Assembly: GCF_000181795.1 (NCBI RefSeq)
Contig: NW_003526941.1
Coordinates: 5,433,053 to 5,497,052, forward strand
Reading direction: 5' to 3'
DNA length: 64,000 nucleotides
Origin: Trichinella spiralis
Lineage: Eukaryota
Shown here in pieces: positions 18,409 to 33,405 of this stretch. The position numbers and the translations under genes are program-made. The notes beneath the pieces are model-generated. The model was not told the origin of the DNA and did not search any database. It was given only the letters and a program-made list of their open reading frames with translations. Every line of letters starts with the position of its first letter. Positions within the stretch are counted from its first letter, which is position 1.

Positions 18409-21400
18409 GAAAATAAAAAATTAAATTAAAAAAAATCATTCCAAGGGTACGGTAGTGCAGGTGAAAAATGACAGTTTCTCTTCAACTCGACCAGCGTAGT
18501 AGCATTGTGTTTACGCTTGGTTTCGTGCCAAGATTGGAAATATTTGTTTTTATTTATTCATAAAATCACATATATATTGTCTGTCTGGTCAACTTGGTGC
18601 GTTGGTTAATTTTTCTCTGCTTTTGCTGTCCAGGGAAATACGAAAACTGATGCTCACTATTACGTATTATAAATCGCTTTTCAATCTACCATTTAATTTA
18701 GCTTCCTGTTATTATTGATTGTGAAAAAGTTGATTTTAACTAAATGAATATACATATAGATAGACAGATATATGTACATGTAGGTATGTGTGTGGGAGGG
18801 GGGGTTGTAATTTTATTAAAATGAATTATGACTTTGAATCAACACGTTGTATTTGTATCATTAGGAAAGCAGAGTAAAAATATTTCAATAAGACAAAGAG
18901 AAAGATAGAGAGAATATTTTTTTAATTTGATGTGTGTGCAATAAAATTGTCTCATAAGAAAGCTATCAGATCGAGTGAAAAGATTTTTTGAGAAATAAAT
19001 ACTCATTAATTTGACTTGAAGGATTATGTCTCTGTGGCAAGGATGAATTTTATATGTTAGTTTATTTATTAATTATGATCATGTTGTTGTTTTATTTTTT
19101 TTCAAATTTATGAATTTCAGTTTTCATATATCAAACAAGTGATACGTTGAATAATGATAATAATAATAATAGTAATAATAGTTTCTTGCCTTTATTGGTT
19201 AAATGTACTCAGTCGTCGGTTTGAAATTGATTTAACGGTTGTGTAAACGGCTTCGTCTTTAATCAATTAAGTATAGCATCGGCCGTAAACTGCGAACATT
19301 GGTCTGGTACGTCAATTTTTAATCATAATTTTGTCGAATAACACAAAATATAATTTTTTGATTTTATTTTCTTCGTCAACAATGATTATAGGAATAAAAT
19401 TTAAAAATAAAAATTGTTTTGTAATTAAATTTTAATATTTGTTTTTTGATATGATTTTGTTCACGAATTATTTTTGATTATGATTATGGTGGTGACTTGT
19501 TGTTTTCTATAACAAAACGGTAGGCGTTAATTTTTGTTTGAATAGATTATTACTGTGGCTTTAAATGTAAATTTTGTTGTTGTTGTTGTTGATGATCGTT
19601 AAAAGCTAATGGCATGCTATTGATCCGCTTCTGTTTATCCTAAACGGACAATTGAATGAGTGAAAGGGAGAAGAAGAGTCATCGTGACCATGACAGTTGT
19701 GTGTTAATTTCAGCACCATTTCCGGCAGCAACAACAACAATCCCCACCTTTGCCCATTGCCCAATAAGAATATTAATATTAATAATATGAGCTGCTTATA
19801 GGTTTAGGTTATTTTTGCTTTTCAAAGTTTCTTTTTTATTGTCATCTTCACAGAATTCTATTGGTATGAAATATATATATATCTATTACATTATAAGCAG
19901 AATGGAAATTATGATTTGATAAATAAGAAATATTAAAATTTTTCCCTTTGAGAAGAGGAGATGTTTCTTTCCAATGGCAACAGGTTCAAATATTTTGCCA
20001 TTGCATGTCACCTTGAACTGGTTATTATAAAATGCGTCATCAATTTTTTCCATCTGTCCGGCGCTTGCTTTGTTGTTGTGCTTGGATTGGCTGACGCCGG
20101 CTTGCCAGCTGTTAATATGTCAGCAGTCATTTTATAATTTCAGAACTTTGTTTTCAGTGTGTGTATTTATCCGATTTGGATCTGCAATCAGTGTGCTGCT
20201 CTGCTCGTTTAGGCTTTTGTTGGCTTAGCTTTTTTGCGTTTAGCTTTCTTTTCACTTGTATGTTTGTTTGTTTGTTTGTTGTTTAGCACGTGACGACGGA
20301 AGGGATTATTATTCAAATTTTATTTTACTTTTTCGCTTCTTCTTTTGGTAAGATAAGAATAATATGATTGTATTTATATTTGAAATGGTTACTGTAGCCG
20401 TTGTTATATTTCTACAAAAATGAGTAAAAAGAAATTTATTTACTCTTTTATTATTATTATTATTATTATGGTTTGTTTTGTTTCAAAAGCATAAAATATA
20501 GGTGTTTTATAAATTGTGCACTTGATTTTACGCGTTTTTGTTAGAAAATTTGAAATTTATTTGCCTCATTTGAAAGTGATCAAAAATAGAGCTTGCATTT
20601 AATAATGGTTGTTGAATTGTTGTTATTGTTTTTTTTCTCTTATTTATTTATTTATGTTGTTAGCATGTGAGGAATAATTGTCAGCTAAATTCACTGTTTC
20701 GTTTGTTTCACTTCTTCGGCTAGATCGATGCCCACCAAGCTGGGCGGATTTGGCTCTGTGCTGTTCGGGAGCCGCTTTTTAGCATCTCTTTTTCTCTTTC
20801 TCTATCGCTTGATGGAACAGCTTCTGACAGGTGCTTGCTTGTCGGCTTTGCAACGTCGTTTCTCTCTTCTCCATCTAGCCAGCCAGTTAGCTAGCTAACA
20901 AGCTAACCAAGCCGACGAGCTAACTAATATTTCATTTTGCAAAAATGATCAATTCGTTCGTGTTGTTGTTTTCCGCCTTTTTTTTTCCTCTTCTTCTCCC
21001 TCGGTGGAATTTTTTTCAAAAATTATCACTAAACTCTGACAATTCGAATTTTTTCAACACATACACACTGCCTGTTGTTTGTTTGTGAACAAAAAAAAGA
21101 TATGCAAATGTTTCTTTGTTGCATGTGAACGAAATTTGGTACGTTTTTTTTCTATTTTATTCATTCAATCGTTACGTTCGAAATTTCTCTAGTTTTTACA
21201 CTTTCTTATTAATAATAATTTATTCAACCTATATATATTTTTTTTCTTTCAAAAATTAAATCACAACATCGAACGTGAAGGTTTTTTTTTATACAAATTG
21301 AATGCTCATTTACTGATGTGCAGGTTCTGTATTACTTTTTTCTCGTCAATTTTTGTATGTCATGTCGGTCAAGGAGGATCAAAAAAAACTTTATGCTAAT

Positions 21401-24400
21401 TTTATTACCGACTGAAATTCGATGATAATTAAGTTCAACTGTGTTGTTCAACATGAATTATGGTCGACATCATAAATGAAAATTACTTATAAATTCGGTT
21501 TTTCATTCGATTGATTTGTTCTTATTTTTTTTTATTTTGAAATTTTTTAAAAATTTTCAATCACACTTTTAAAGCTATTTTGAAACATTCTGACGGAAAG
21601 GAGAGAAGAGAAAACGGACAACATTGTAGATGGCGCGTTGATTTGATGAAAATTTGTGTGTCTATTTTTAGTTAACTCGAAGCGGATGTAGTTGTACTTT
21701 CATTTTTGTATATTTTGTTCGTTGTTTTCTTCAGTGATGATTGAAAATTTTCATCATCATTATCATTTATGATTTGAAACAGTGCAAATGTATCTTTTCT
21801 TTGATTCGAACTGTGAGCACACTGTCTTTTTTGCTTTACATTTGTTGAAGCGATGAAGCAGTATCTGAAGTTGGCGATGCTTTCTTTGTGTATATATATA
21901 TATTTTTTTGTTCTCAAATTCGTTGTACTTTCTTCTTTTGTATATTGCGCTCAGTTTTATGTTTTTGCACGTGCCTATATGTAGATAGTCATATGTATAA
22001 AATGTAGATGACATTTTGGAAAATGTTTCATGTGTTTACTTTTGTTGTTGTTAGCTACAGTGATATTAAGCAAGCTGTTTGAATATTTCGGTTGAAATTA
22101 TTGGTGTGCTTATGTGCGAATGTTTGATCGAAATTATTTTAATTAATCAATTTCCACTGATTTTACCATGATAAGAAATTAAGAAAAATAGCTTTGCAAA
22201 TTCTTTTCAACACATATTTTGCACCGATCGATCTTCGTCATTAGTTAATTTTTATTTTATTATTCACATTGTAATTTACAATCTTGAAAAGACAAAGCAA
22301 GAATAATGATACAACATTTTCAACACTGCATAGCTGCTTACATGTATGTATATTGTTGTTTTCTCTTCTAAGTTGCATATATTTTGAAAGTCTGTAAAAA
22401 AGAGTATAATATGAATACTGACCTGGTAATCAATTATGTAGAATAAGGGAAGCGTAAAATGGGTCTGTCTCACATTTGCTGTGTTAAAGATCAAACAATG
22501 TTCTTTAAGCCTGAGAATCTGTCTGTTGGGTTGTTTGCTGGTCAAAGCACCTATATCAAATTGATTTCCAAGTTGAAAAGATTTTGACTTTTTTGCAAAC
22601 AGTTATTTAATTAATTGGTGATGATTTTCAAATGTGGAGCTTGTTTGTTTGTTTGTTTGTTTGTTTTTTCCTCTTCAAATTTTTAAAATAATTTGTGTGA
22701 ATATTTGCATACAGGGTAAATTACATATTACAATTTTACAAGTGCAAAACTTGAACTAGTGAGAGTCAATGCGCTTGAAATGATCAGTTTGCTCTGACGT
22801 ACACTTTTGGAACTTGTTCGTCAACAATACGGCCAAATTTTCAATAGGAGCCAACCAAACTGAACTGAACTGAACCGAACAACACACCACACTGAGAGCA
22901 AAGAATAACAGATCGGGTTGCAAATTTTATAATTTTTTTTGTTAATTCTATTTTTTTAATAACGATATGTATTTTTATTTAAATTAATATGATGTTAGCT
23001 ACTTGTAAAATTGTCGTTGTCAGCGTTATTTGTTTTGTTGTATAAGCTGGTTTTGTTTTCTTATTAAATTGAATCTCTCTTTCTCCCCTATGAATATCGA
23101 TATACGGATGTCTGTATGTATGTATAAAAAGAGCACACGATCTGATTTTGATTCACTTTATTTTCTACTTTCAATTAATCATTTAATTTTCAAAATTGTC
23201 CAGTTTCTAAATGTAGGTTGTTTTCATTTTTCAACATTAAAAAACAACAACAACAACAACAATGCATTATTTACTCTGCTTTGTTTAGCATTTGTATAAG
23301 TTTGATAATGTAGCTTGACTTTTTTGTACAGTCTGTCTTGCTTGCAGTCGTATGTCTGTGTTTGTGTTCGATGGAATTATTTTTCAACAGTTTTCTGTAT
23401 TATGCGTATGGGAATGAAAAAAAAAGTGCCAACACGTTAATAGCAGATAGATCGTCTGGTTTTTGAAAGGTTGTCTGTGTAAGAAATTGTATTTTTCTTG
23501 AAAAAAAAAAATTTTTTTTCTTCGGATGTAGAAATTACTTTACTTTTCTACAATTGATAACAGTGAAGAGTAGTGGGAATAATTTCAGGCTGTTGTTTAT
23601 TGTCTGTTAATTATGTGCAAGTTGATGTGAGAATATTTCGATTTGAGCAGTGATTTTGTATTTTTGTACGATCAGTTGGTTTTGTCGACCATGACCATGA
23701 CCCTGTATGTTAGTTGATCCGATGTGCTATTTTTATCTTCCATTTTGATCATGGAGCCAGATGTATGTATGTATGTATGTAACAGAAATTATCCTGAGAG
23801 GTTGGTTGTTCGAGGATGAGAGGAGGTTGGTAATTATTGTTGATGGGTGAATGATCAGAATCAGTGATGACGACGTGAATGAAAGAGTGAGAAGTATTTT
23901 ATTTATTATAATAAAAACTTTTTCAGAAATGAGAATATTATTTGATAGATTAATGTTGTAAGCAGTTTTGCACCTCTTGTTCCAGCCGTTGTGGTCCGTT
24001 TTGCCACCAGGCGTCCCCGTTGCTTTTACAATCAAGTCAAACTAGAACTTTAAATTTCCATCTACAGAGAGAGAGAGAGCAGAAGCAGCAACTGAGTGAA
24101 TTGAGAGAGAGAGAGAATGAAAATACGACGACACATACTGGTCAGATTTTTAAATTCTAGGCTTGTAATAATTTTTCACTTGTTCTCTAGCCCTACTTTG
24201 TTAGCTATACTGTACACTTTTTGCAACTTTAAAATTGTCTACCAAATTGAAATCATGCTATGGTTAAGTTTTTTTTTTCTTTACAAAACTGCTTCTACTT
24301 TAAACACTATCTATTTTATGTGTGTATTTGTTCTTATTGCCAGTGATGTGTATATATATATTTTTTTTTGTGTAATTGCAAATTTAATAATTTTGATTCA

Positions 24401-27400
24401 ATCAAATAAATATATTAAAAATAAAATTGTTCACAACTTTTCTTCCACATGCATACATACATGTCAGTTCTACTTTGATGAGTTGCGCTCTGAATGTCCA
24501 GGTCGACTTGTATTTCATTTTTTAATTGTATTTCTTCGATAAAACTAGGCGTATTTGGAATATTTTATACGTTCAATTTTTATTCTATTGTGAGTAATTT
24601 TTTAAATAAAATATTATTTAATTAAATTAAATGTTATGAACAAAAAAGGTAATAAATCATTTTTATCATCATCGTCGTGTGTGTGTGTGTCAGTTAGAAT
24701 ATTAAGTTTTAATTGAAAGACAATAAAATTGCAATTTACAAGTTGTCGTATCAGTTTTCAATTGTACAATAATATCACGTGTATAGAAAGAAGAGGCTTT
24801 TTATTTTGCAATTGAAGCGGGAATTTTGAAAATTGAATTGAATTTTTACAAGGGTAGAGAAAGGTAGTAGTAATAGTAGTAGTAGAGGATTAAGAGGAAT
24901 GAGATAATAGTAAGACAAATTTAAAAAAAAATACTGATAAACTTTTTGCAGATTTTTTGCCGACAACTGCCACTTCAGTGCTATTACTATTACTGCTACC
25001 GCTGCTGCTCGATAAAACAAACAGTGCTCTTGGCCGACTTTTGCCCGTTGGCCCGTTTAAACGACAATCAGTGAACATTTTTGGCTAATCATAATTAAGA
25101 GAAACGCATCTATTTGTTATCTTCCTGAAAAAAAGGTACGTCAATAATAATAATAATTGTTGTTCTTGTCGTTTGGAAAATTAATATCTCCATTTCTGTT
25201 GATTTTCGAGATTTGTAATTTTCATGTTTTTCTTTGTTTGTTTCTTGAATATTCTCTTTTGTTGTGTAGCTGAAAATAGGAAAATTTGCTCAATTCTCCG
25301 ATTATGATCATATTATTTAAATGGCTCATATCCATATTATAAGTTTGTATAAACGGGTTGGGGTAAGGTGTTATTTGAAGGATATAATGATGAATACATA
25401 ACATACAGAGGGAGAGAGATACATTTGATGGCTAATGTATGGTAAAGGTTGATTCGATTTTTGCACACCGTGTGTGTTTTAAGTAGTTCAACTTGTGTCA
25501 AACGCACGTTCTGGTTTATCATTATCATCATTCAACTTCGCAGAACAGCAGTAGCAGCAGTGTAATAGAACAAGGAAATTATTGCTTTGCTTCTTATTGT
25601 GTCCAGAAGCGACATTTCATTGTCTGCTGTGGGAAAAACGACGACTTTCAATCCGCTCTACACACATCTGCTTGTAATCTTATTTTTCATTATTAAATTA
25701 TTATCTAATTATTCTATAGAAATGTTTTTATTTTTATTTTGATTATTCGACAGGAATAGAAATTATTTTATTTTTCAGAGGGGGTGAGGTTTGTTTTATT
25801 TTAGTTAGCTTCAGCTAGTTAGCCATATTTTGGTACTTTTATTTGTGAATCATTTGTTGTTGTTATAAAATTTTTTTTGCTGACACAACAGAACAACGAT
25901 TGGATGAATTTTGTCAATAGTTGTTGGTTGTGCTTTGAAAAATTTTTGAATTCTTTTTTTTTCAACACTTTTCACACGTGGCATTTCACCATATAGCTCA
26001 ACTGACTGAACATATTCATTCTCTTTCTCATCTGTCTGTCTGTCTGTCTGGTTCAATTTCACTAGCAAAAAAAAAGAAATGCAAAATAATTTTATTCGTA
26101 AGTGATCAACCTATTATTATTATTATTATTATTATTATTTTAATGGATAAAATCCATTTTTTCCATTATGAATTGGAAAAATTGAACATCTATTTAACCA
26201 AACCCCATAGTTTTGACGTTGGTCGATTTGGTTGGTATGTTGTTGTGTTTTTTCTCTTTGAAAAAAGAAAAGTTTCGATTTTCACTTTGCTTACGTAGTA
26301 ACTAGCAGCAGTAGTATGGTGGAAATTTTCTTCTCGAAACGTCCAAGTATGCAAAAAATTGATTTAAAGCTCAAGCAAACACAACATTCCTCCAAACAGC
26401 ATCATCATTCTCATTCTCATACATGCATATCTCTGTTCTGTATACTGTAGTTGTTGTTGTTTTTTTTCTTTTCAACTGAAAAGTTGAGAAGGATTAATTT
26501 AAAAAAAAATAAATATATTTGTCCTTATTCATACTAGTGACGAAGGAATATTTTCAACAATTTGGTGTAATAATATGTTCACAACACTTATCAACGGTGC
26601 ATGATGTGTTTGTGTTTGTGTGTATGTGTGTAGATTTTGTTTGAATTGGATGAAAATAATATTCAAAGTTTTTCTTATATTGCTTTTATTATTATTTATT
26701 AGCAAAGTTGATGAAATAATAGAAAAAAAATAGCATGTCAGTAGTATTGGAAATATTTTTCAACTTTGTTGTTGCGGTTGATTTGCTGCTCTTCTTTTTT
26801 TTTACTACTGATAATTGAAAATGAACGAATGAATTAATTGCAAATGAAAATTTTTGAATTAAATCACTCGTTGTGGTGGAGGTGTATGAAGCTGAAGCAT
26901 GGCTTTATCTTTGTTAAAGATTGATTTTATTTTCTCAGTTATTTGTTTTGGTTAATAATGTTTTGTTTTTAAAAAAAATTACAGATATATTTAAATGAAT
27001 AAATTAATTAAATGATATGTTTATATTTTATTTTTCCTCTTCGTTTGTTGATTGGTCGAGAAAATGCCGAACAATTGCTGCTGCTTGTTGTTGTTGTTGT
27101 TGATGATGATGATGCTATCTCTATTCATCTGTTGTCTGTGTGGAGCAGCAGGTTGATAAGTTTCAATCAATAAATCAACTTTTGCCCGCAATCTGAACAT
27201 TTTATTATCACCTTCGGTACACCGAAATGATGTAATTGAATTTTCAATTGTTCTGCTGTCGCTGCCGTTGTGTAGTTTTAGCAGTTTTTTTTTGATGTAG
27301 AATTATTAGTATAATTTTTTTTAATTAGAAATTATTATTATTGTTGTTTTCTTTTGATGCTGCAGTTGAATAGAATAAGTTGTATAGAATTATAGCAAGG

Positions 27401-30400
27401 AAAAATTATTCAAATTGAAAAAAATCAAGACGAAAGAAAAACTTCTCGCTCGTCTAGAGTGGATTGATTTGTGCATTCGATGGCCAACATTGTCGGTGCA
27501 GTTTTTCAGTTTTACAATTGTGAATTGATCGTTCTCGTAGTACTGGGGACAGGCGGAAAATTATTAAAAACAATTTTTCAGGTGTGGCCTTAAATTGGCA
27601 CAAAAATCTTTTTCTTTTTTAAAATACGACCGACTAATCGACCTTTTTATTTAAATAAATATTTAAAATATTATTAATTTTCATTTTCAAAATAATTAAA
27701 ACTGATGGTCGGGATGTGATGAGCAGCAAGTAATTTTCCCCTCAGTGAATTTTTCCACCGGTGCCGTTTTCGAGCATCGATTGATAAACAGTAGTAGTAG
27801 TTTTATTGGAAAAGGTGTCGTCAGGTCAGCACCGCCGACTGTCGCGACTGGAACGGCATGACACTTTTTCTTCCAACATTCTCCGGCTTGTCCCGCGACA
27901 ATTTTCACTCATTCACTTGTTTACTTGTTTGTTTGTTTGTTTACTTGAATAATTTGTCGAGAGGAGAATATTCATTCATTCATTTATTCATTCTTCTTCA
28001 ACTTCTTCATCTTTTTTCAATGCACAATTTTTATTTTAACTTGTTGACTTTTCTTTTTCAAAAATCTAAATTGAACGAAAACGGAAAATTGCAACATCGC
28101 GGTGTTTTGTTGTTTCTTCTTCTTCTTCTTCTTCTCTGGCAGAAAATATGCAAATGAAAGAAAAATAAAAACTCCCTAAGCAACAAAGTGATACTCAGGT
28201 TCAGGTTCGAATTGTTTTTCTTTGTTTGATCGGGAAAAATATTCACTTTTATCTTTTCGAATAAATTTAATTTGGTTCAAATTAAATTGTTATATATAAA
28301 TATGTTGAACTTGGTCGATTGTTTGGTGATAAAGCGTCGACTCGTTATTTCGGGCTCGGATTTGCATTTCAATTATGCAAATGAGCAAACAGTTCACTGG
28401 GCACACATTTATTCAAATTCCACTTTGTGGATTTGAGCCGTACGTTGGGGAATAATTATTGAGAAAATAAGCTAAACTGGAGAAAAGGGAAGGATCGGAG
28501 GAGGGTAGAAAATTTTTCAAACCGGCATACTGTGGTCCATGTGCGAGACATTGTCGAAGCGAACGGCCGAAGAACCTGAAAAGCAAACAAACAGTACATG
28601 GCAGCAGTAGTGTGTAAACAGCAACACACGCACACACAGAGACCAAAGCTGTCGGTCGGTCCGTCAGTTTTGCATATTATATAGATAATTCCTATATATG
28701 TAGAGATATGTATATGCAGAGTCGACGCTTTTTGCAAATTGGCAAAGAAAGTTGGACGAATTATTCTCATTAGCTTTTTTTAATTTTGCTAATTTTTATC
28801 ACCGTTGTTGCTGTTCGATTGTCGACCAAAGAAAGGGAGACTTGAAAGTAAGCTATTGACAGTTAGTTGTTGACAACTTTGCGCTACAATTGTGCGATCA
28901 CAAGAATTCGTAGAATATTTATATCATCGAAATTATACCCCCCCCCCTTCCTACTTGTATGTATGTATAGTTTAATGAAGTGTTTCTTCTTTTTTATTAA
29001 CATAATTTAATATATTGTATCTATAAATATACTCAAATCATACTGTGTACTAATTTTCCCAGCATTCAGTGAACACATTCAATTTGTAGCAAATTCTCTT
29101 CTCTAGCATATTTTGTGATAAGGAAAAATTTGCATACTTTCATTTGCCACAGTGTCGTTCGTGTCCAGTGGGTGGATCCATCTGCACTACAGTCTTTCAC
29201 GTTTGTAAGATATATATTTTTTTTCTTTCGTTTTCTCTGCATTTCATATATTGTTGTTATCTGGTAGATATATTTTGTTACAAGCAATTTTGAACATTGT
29301 TGTGTATTTTAATAAGCAGATTGTGTATCGACTACAACTCGGTTGCTGATGGCTGGCTTAGTGTGTTTGAGTAGGTAGATAAGTAGGTGGATGGATGGGT
29401 GGGTGGGGCAGAGGCAGAGACGAAGGTAGAGATTGATGTACGTGTTCGTCTGATCCCACAGAGTTGAGATTAATCGCGTGGGCGGTAATGACGAAAATGA
29501 CGTCATTTTCACTACGCGCTTGTTCCATTGCAACTTGGCGGTGGGATCTTCTTTAGTTTAATGTTTAAATTTGTTGTTTGGTCGAATCTACCAAAAACAT
29601 TAGCCACCCAAAAAAAAGTATTTTCAAATTATTGTACGAATAATTAATTAGAAAATTAATTATATATGAATGGAGTGAATTTTCAAATTTTCAACAACGG
29701 TCAAATTTGAACAATTGCTTTTTAAAAATAGCGTGATAACAAGCGGACGGACAAAGTGTTGTATGAAAACCAGTTTTGTCGATCGCATCTCTTGTGGCAA
29801 CAACGCTTGTCTGTTTCAAACGTGCCAATCGCGTTGGCTGTTCGTTGTCTTTCAAATATCACTTTCTGTTGATAGGGCAGTTAATGAATGATATGATTAT
29901 TATTTAATGTATTGTTTTAATTTTTATTTGTTTATTTGTGATCAAATTCAATAGCAAATAAGCAACGTTCACAACAGTTTACAACAGAACCGTTGCTGTG
30001 TGTTGTTTTTGATCGTTTGCGGTCGCGTGGCCAAGTAGAAAATTGATTTCCGTCGAGCTAAGCGAACACGCTATTGTTGGCTGGTTGGCCGGCTGGCTGG
30101 CTAGCCAGCGATCCTTCTCCTCCTCTTTTTAACCATCAGACAACGAATGGAAAAGCATTAGTAGCTCTGGTGATTGCTGTCGCCGCTCTGTTTTTCCTTT
30201 CAGCTCTGACATTTCATTCGGATTTTCAGCTAACACTTAGCAGTAGCAGTGTTGTTGACACTTTTTTGCATTTTACTGTTTTTTTGTCTGTAAATTTGCA
30301 TTTTCTTTGTGGTTTTTTTTGTCTTACCGGTGGTGGTCGATTTGACTAGTCGGCCGGCTTGTTCGATTCGCGTTAGCGCCTAGGCGAGAGAGCACACGTC

Positions 30401-31217
30401 TGTCGGGGCCGTCTGTTCTCTTCCATTTTTCTGTGGTCCGGTCCATTTTTCTTTGTACCACACTTTGTGCTGATGTTCCGTGGTCTGCCAGAATATTCAG
30501 GAGTCCATTGACAGATAGGCCGACTTATTAACCTCACAGTTTGTATCGTGATTAAAAGCGTTCAACGCTGATTGACTTAACATTTGGAAAACAGTGTTCT
30601 TAATTTCCGATACGACGACCTATTTTGTTCGAGCATTTTCTTTTTCTCTCTATATTCAAAGCTTTTTCCTGCTTTCGTATTTTTTTGCCTTGTGATCTCT
30701 TGCCATCTTATAGTATTATGTTCTTCTCTACGACCATTTATTTTAGAAATTACATACTTCTCCTCATTTTCTTACGAAAAAGAAACTGTGAGTGATCATT
30801 CTCATTATGGCATTTTATAATCAGTTTCTACCAATGCTCATTACTATATCTTTCTTCTTCTTAATTTTTTGTCGACAAAATCATCCCCTTCGCTGCGAAT
30901 CTCATGTTCAACACATTGATTCATTATCGACGAAATGGCTTGTNNNNNNNNNNNNNNNNNNNNNNNNNNNNNNNNNNNNNNNNNNNNNNNNNNNNNNNNN
31001 NNNNNNNNNNNNNNNNNNNNNNNNNNNNNNNNNNNNNNNNNNNNNNNNNNNNNNNNNNNNNNNNNNNNNNNNNNNNNNNNNNNNNNNNNNNNNNNNNNNN
31101 NNNNNNNNNNNNNNNNNNNNNNNNNNNNNNNNNNNNNNNNNNNNNNNNNNNNNNNNNNNNNNNNNNNNNNNNNNNNNNNNNNNNNNNNNNNNNNNNNNNN
31201 NNNNNNNNNNNNNNNNN

Positions 31218-31640
31218 CTGCACAACTTACCTTTTCATTTTACTCACCTGCACCTTACTTACCTTACTGCACAACTTACCTTTTCATTTTACTCACCTGC
31301 ACCTTACTTACCTTACTGCACAACTTACCTTTTCATTTTACTCACCTGCACCTTACTTACCTTACTGCACAACTTACCTTTTCATTTTACTCACCTGCAC
31401 CTTACTTACCTTACTGCACAACTTACCTTTTCATTTTACTCACCTGCACCTTACTTACCTTACTGCACAACTTACCTTTTCATTTTACTCACCTGCACCT
31501 TACTTACCTTACTGCACAACTTACCTTTTCATTTTACTCACCTGCACCTTACTTACCTTACTGCACAACTTACCTTTTCATTTTACTCACCTGCACCTTA
31601 CTTACCTTACTGCACAACTTACCTTTTCATTTTACTCACC
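31218..31640. repeat. 49-bp tandem satellite (8 perfect copies plus a partial 9th, abutting gap 30944-31217)
   Basis: Unit CTGCACAACTTACCTTTTCATTTTACTCACCTGCACCTTACTTACCTTA starts at 31218, 31267 ... 31561, 31610. Confidence 0.97.
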
Positions 31641-32214
31641 GGCACCCTACGTTATCGTACTTACCTTCAGTACTTACCTGCAATCCATTTACCTGTACGC
31701 ACTTTATATCCGCTTCGACTCTACTTACCTGCATTACTTTATCCACTTACTTTAATGCTACGTACCAGTACTTTACGATCTCTACTGCTCTTAATGAAGA
31801 ATTTTATATAAATATAACATGATTCTAAAATGCATAGTGGAATATAGTTATATACTATATTACAGCCATATTACGAAAGGCATAATAAATAAATAGCAAG
31901 CATAAATAAACTACGTTATTCGATGGAGATCATTCAAGATGCGGCTCTCGTCTTCACCGTTACGCACTAAAACATTAAATACATTCTCCTACAAAAAAAT
32001 AATGCAATTCTTCCTTACCTTGCGTGACAAGGAAAAACATCAGAACCGTAGGAATTGGAATTTGAGAGTGCCATCGGCTGCGACTAAACAAAAATTTTCT
32101 GATGACGTAATCCATTGCTATCAAGATAAAAATGTTGAGATGTACAGCGACCTGTTCTATTTATTTAACGTATTTCATTGCTGCCATAAACAATATCGAA
32201 TTCCTTCTTTGTGA

Positions 32215-33405
32215 ATTTGTGATAAGCAATGGCACACTGGGACGGCTAGGAAACGCCATTACGTCCATGCGAACACGGGTTGCAAACGGTACAAGCTTCA
32301 TGGGATGACAAAATCCAGAGCTATTATAAAAAAACTACTTACTAATTTTTGTCATATCACATTGGAAACGCACTCACGAAAGATCTATACGGGCACCAGC
32401 GCTACTCGACTGTCTCAACGTAGTCTGCTAGAATTACAATCATTTCTTTCTGACTTTTATGGTAAGTGAAACCACACTAGTACCAATGATGAACGTCACT
32501 GCGCCAACTTCAACTCAGAGGGCCATCAGAAGAAACATCGAATTCGCTTGATATTGATGTAATGCTGTCATGGATAAAATGTGCACTCTTTACGTATCCA
32601 ACTGCAATCAGGAGCAAGTTAAATACTTACGGATGTTTGTGATGCCATATTTAGAACAAACTGATGTGAACATGACTAATCACGTTGTCCAGAGCGAAAG
32701 GAACTTGAAAACAGTTCAGCTAATAATGTTATACATTATTATCATGTATTCATATTCATATTCATATTCAGATAGATATTCAAATTCAATCCATGTAATA
32801 CTCGCATCTTCCAGCTATCTAATTAATCAAATTCAATACTTACTGATAAACGATACTATTTGTGATAAGCACAGGCACACTGGGACGGCTATGAAACGCC
32901 ATTACGTCCATGCGAATACGGGTTGCGAACGGTACAAGCTTCACGGGATGACGTAATCCACAGCTATTATAAACAAAAACTACTCACTATTTTTTGTCAT
33001 ATCACACTGGAAACGCACTGACAGCAACAAGCACCAATACGTTGTCAGGATTTGTAAGAACGCTGCTCGACTGACTTAGCAAAATCTGCTACAATTACAA
33101 TCCATTCCTTCTTACTTTTATGATAAGTGAAACCACACTATAACAACTGCGAAACGTCACTGCACAAAAACACTGTACAATCAAACTGCAATCAGGAGCA
33201 AATTCAATACTTACGGATGTTTGTGATGCCTAATTTGTAACCAAATGATGTGAACATGACTTATCACGTTGCCCAGAGCAAAAAGAACACCATAAAAACT
33301 CAGCTGATGACGTAATCTGTAATTACAGAAGTTACCTAATTCTACCTATGTCTAATACGCCTATCGTCTTGCTATCTAATTAAACAAATTCAACACTTAC
33401 TGTTA
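32215..33405. repeat. Diverged tandem duplication (~640-bp unit, 2 copies)
   Basis: ATTTGTGATAAGCA..GGCACACTGGGACGGCTA starts at 32215 and 32858. Collinear similarity runs to CTATCTAATTAA.CAAATTCAA.ACTTACTG, with substitutions and a deletion in copy 2. Confidence 0.9.

Noticed and set aside
21672..30820. Numerous 60-140 aa ORFs in the non-coding tract
   Set aside because: Low-complexity F/L/I/K/N-rich translations of AT-rich DNA with no splice-consistent or family signal.
31218..31640. CRISPR-like array
   Set aside because: Units are contiguous identical repeats with no unique spacers, the context is eukaryotic, and there are no cas genes.
30792..31822. Long ORFs (283-339 aa) in all three + frames
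   Set aside because: Artefact of the N gap plus a stop-free 49-bp repeat (three units give a 49-aa period); no evidence of coding.
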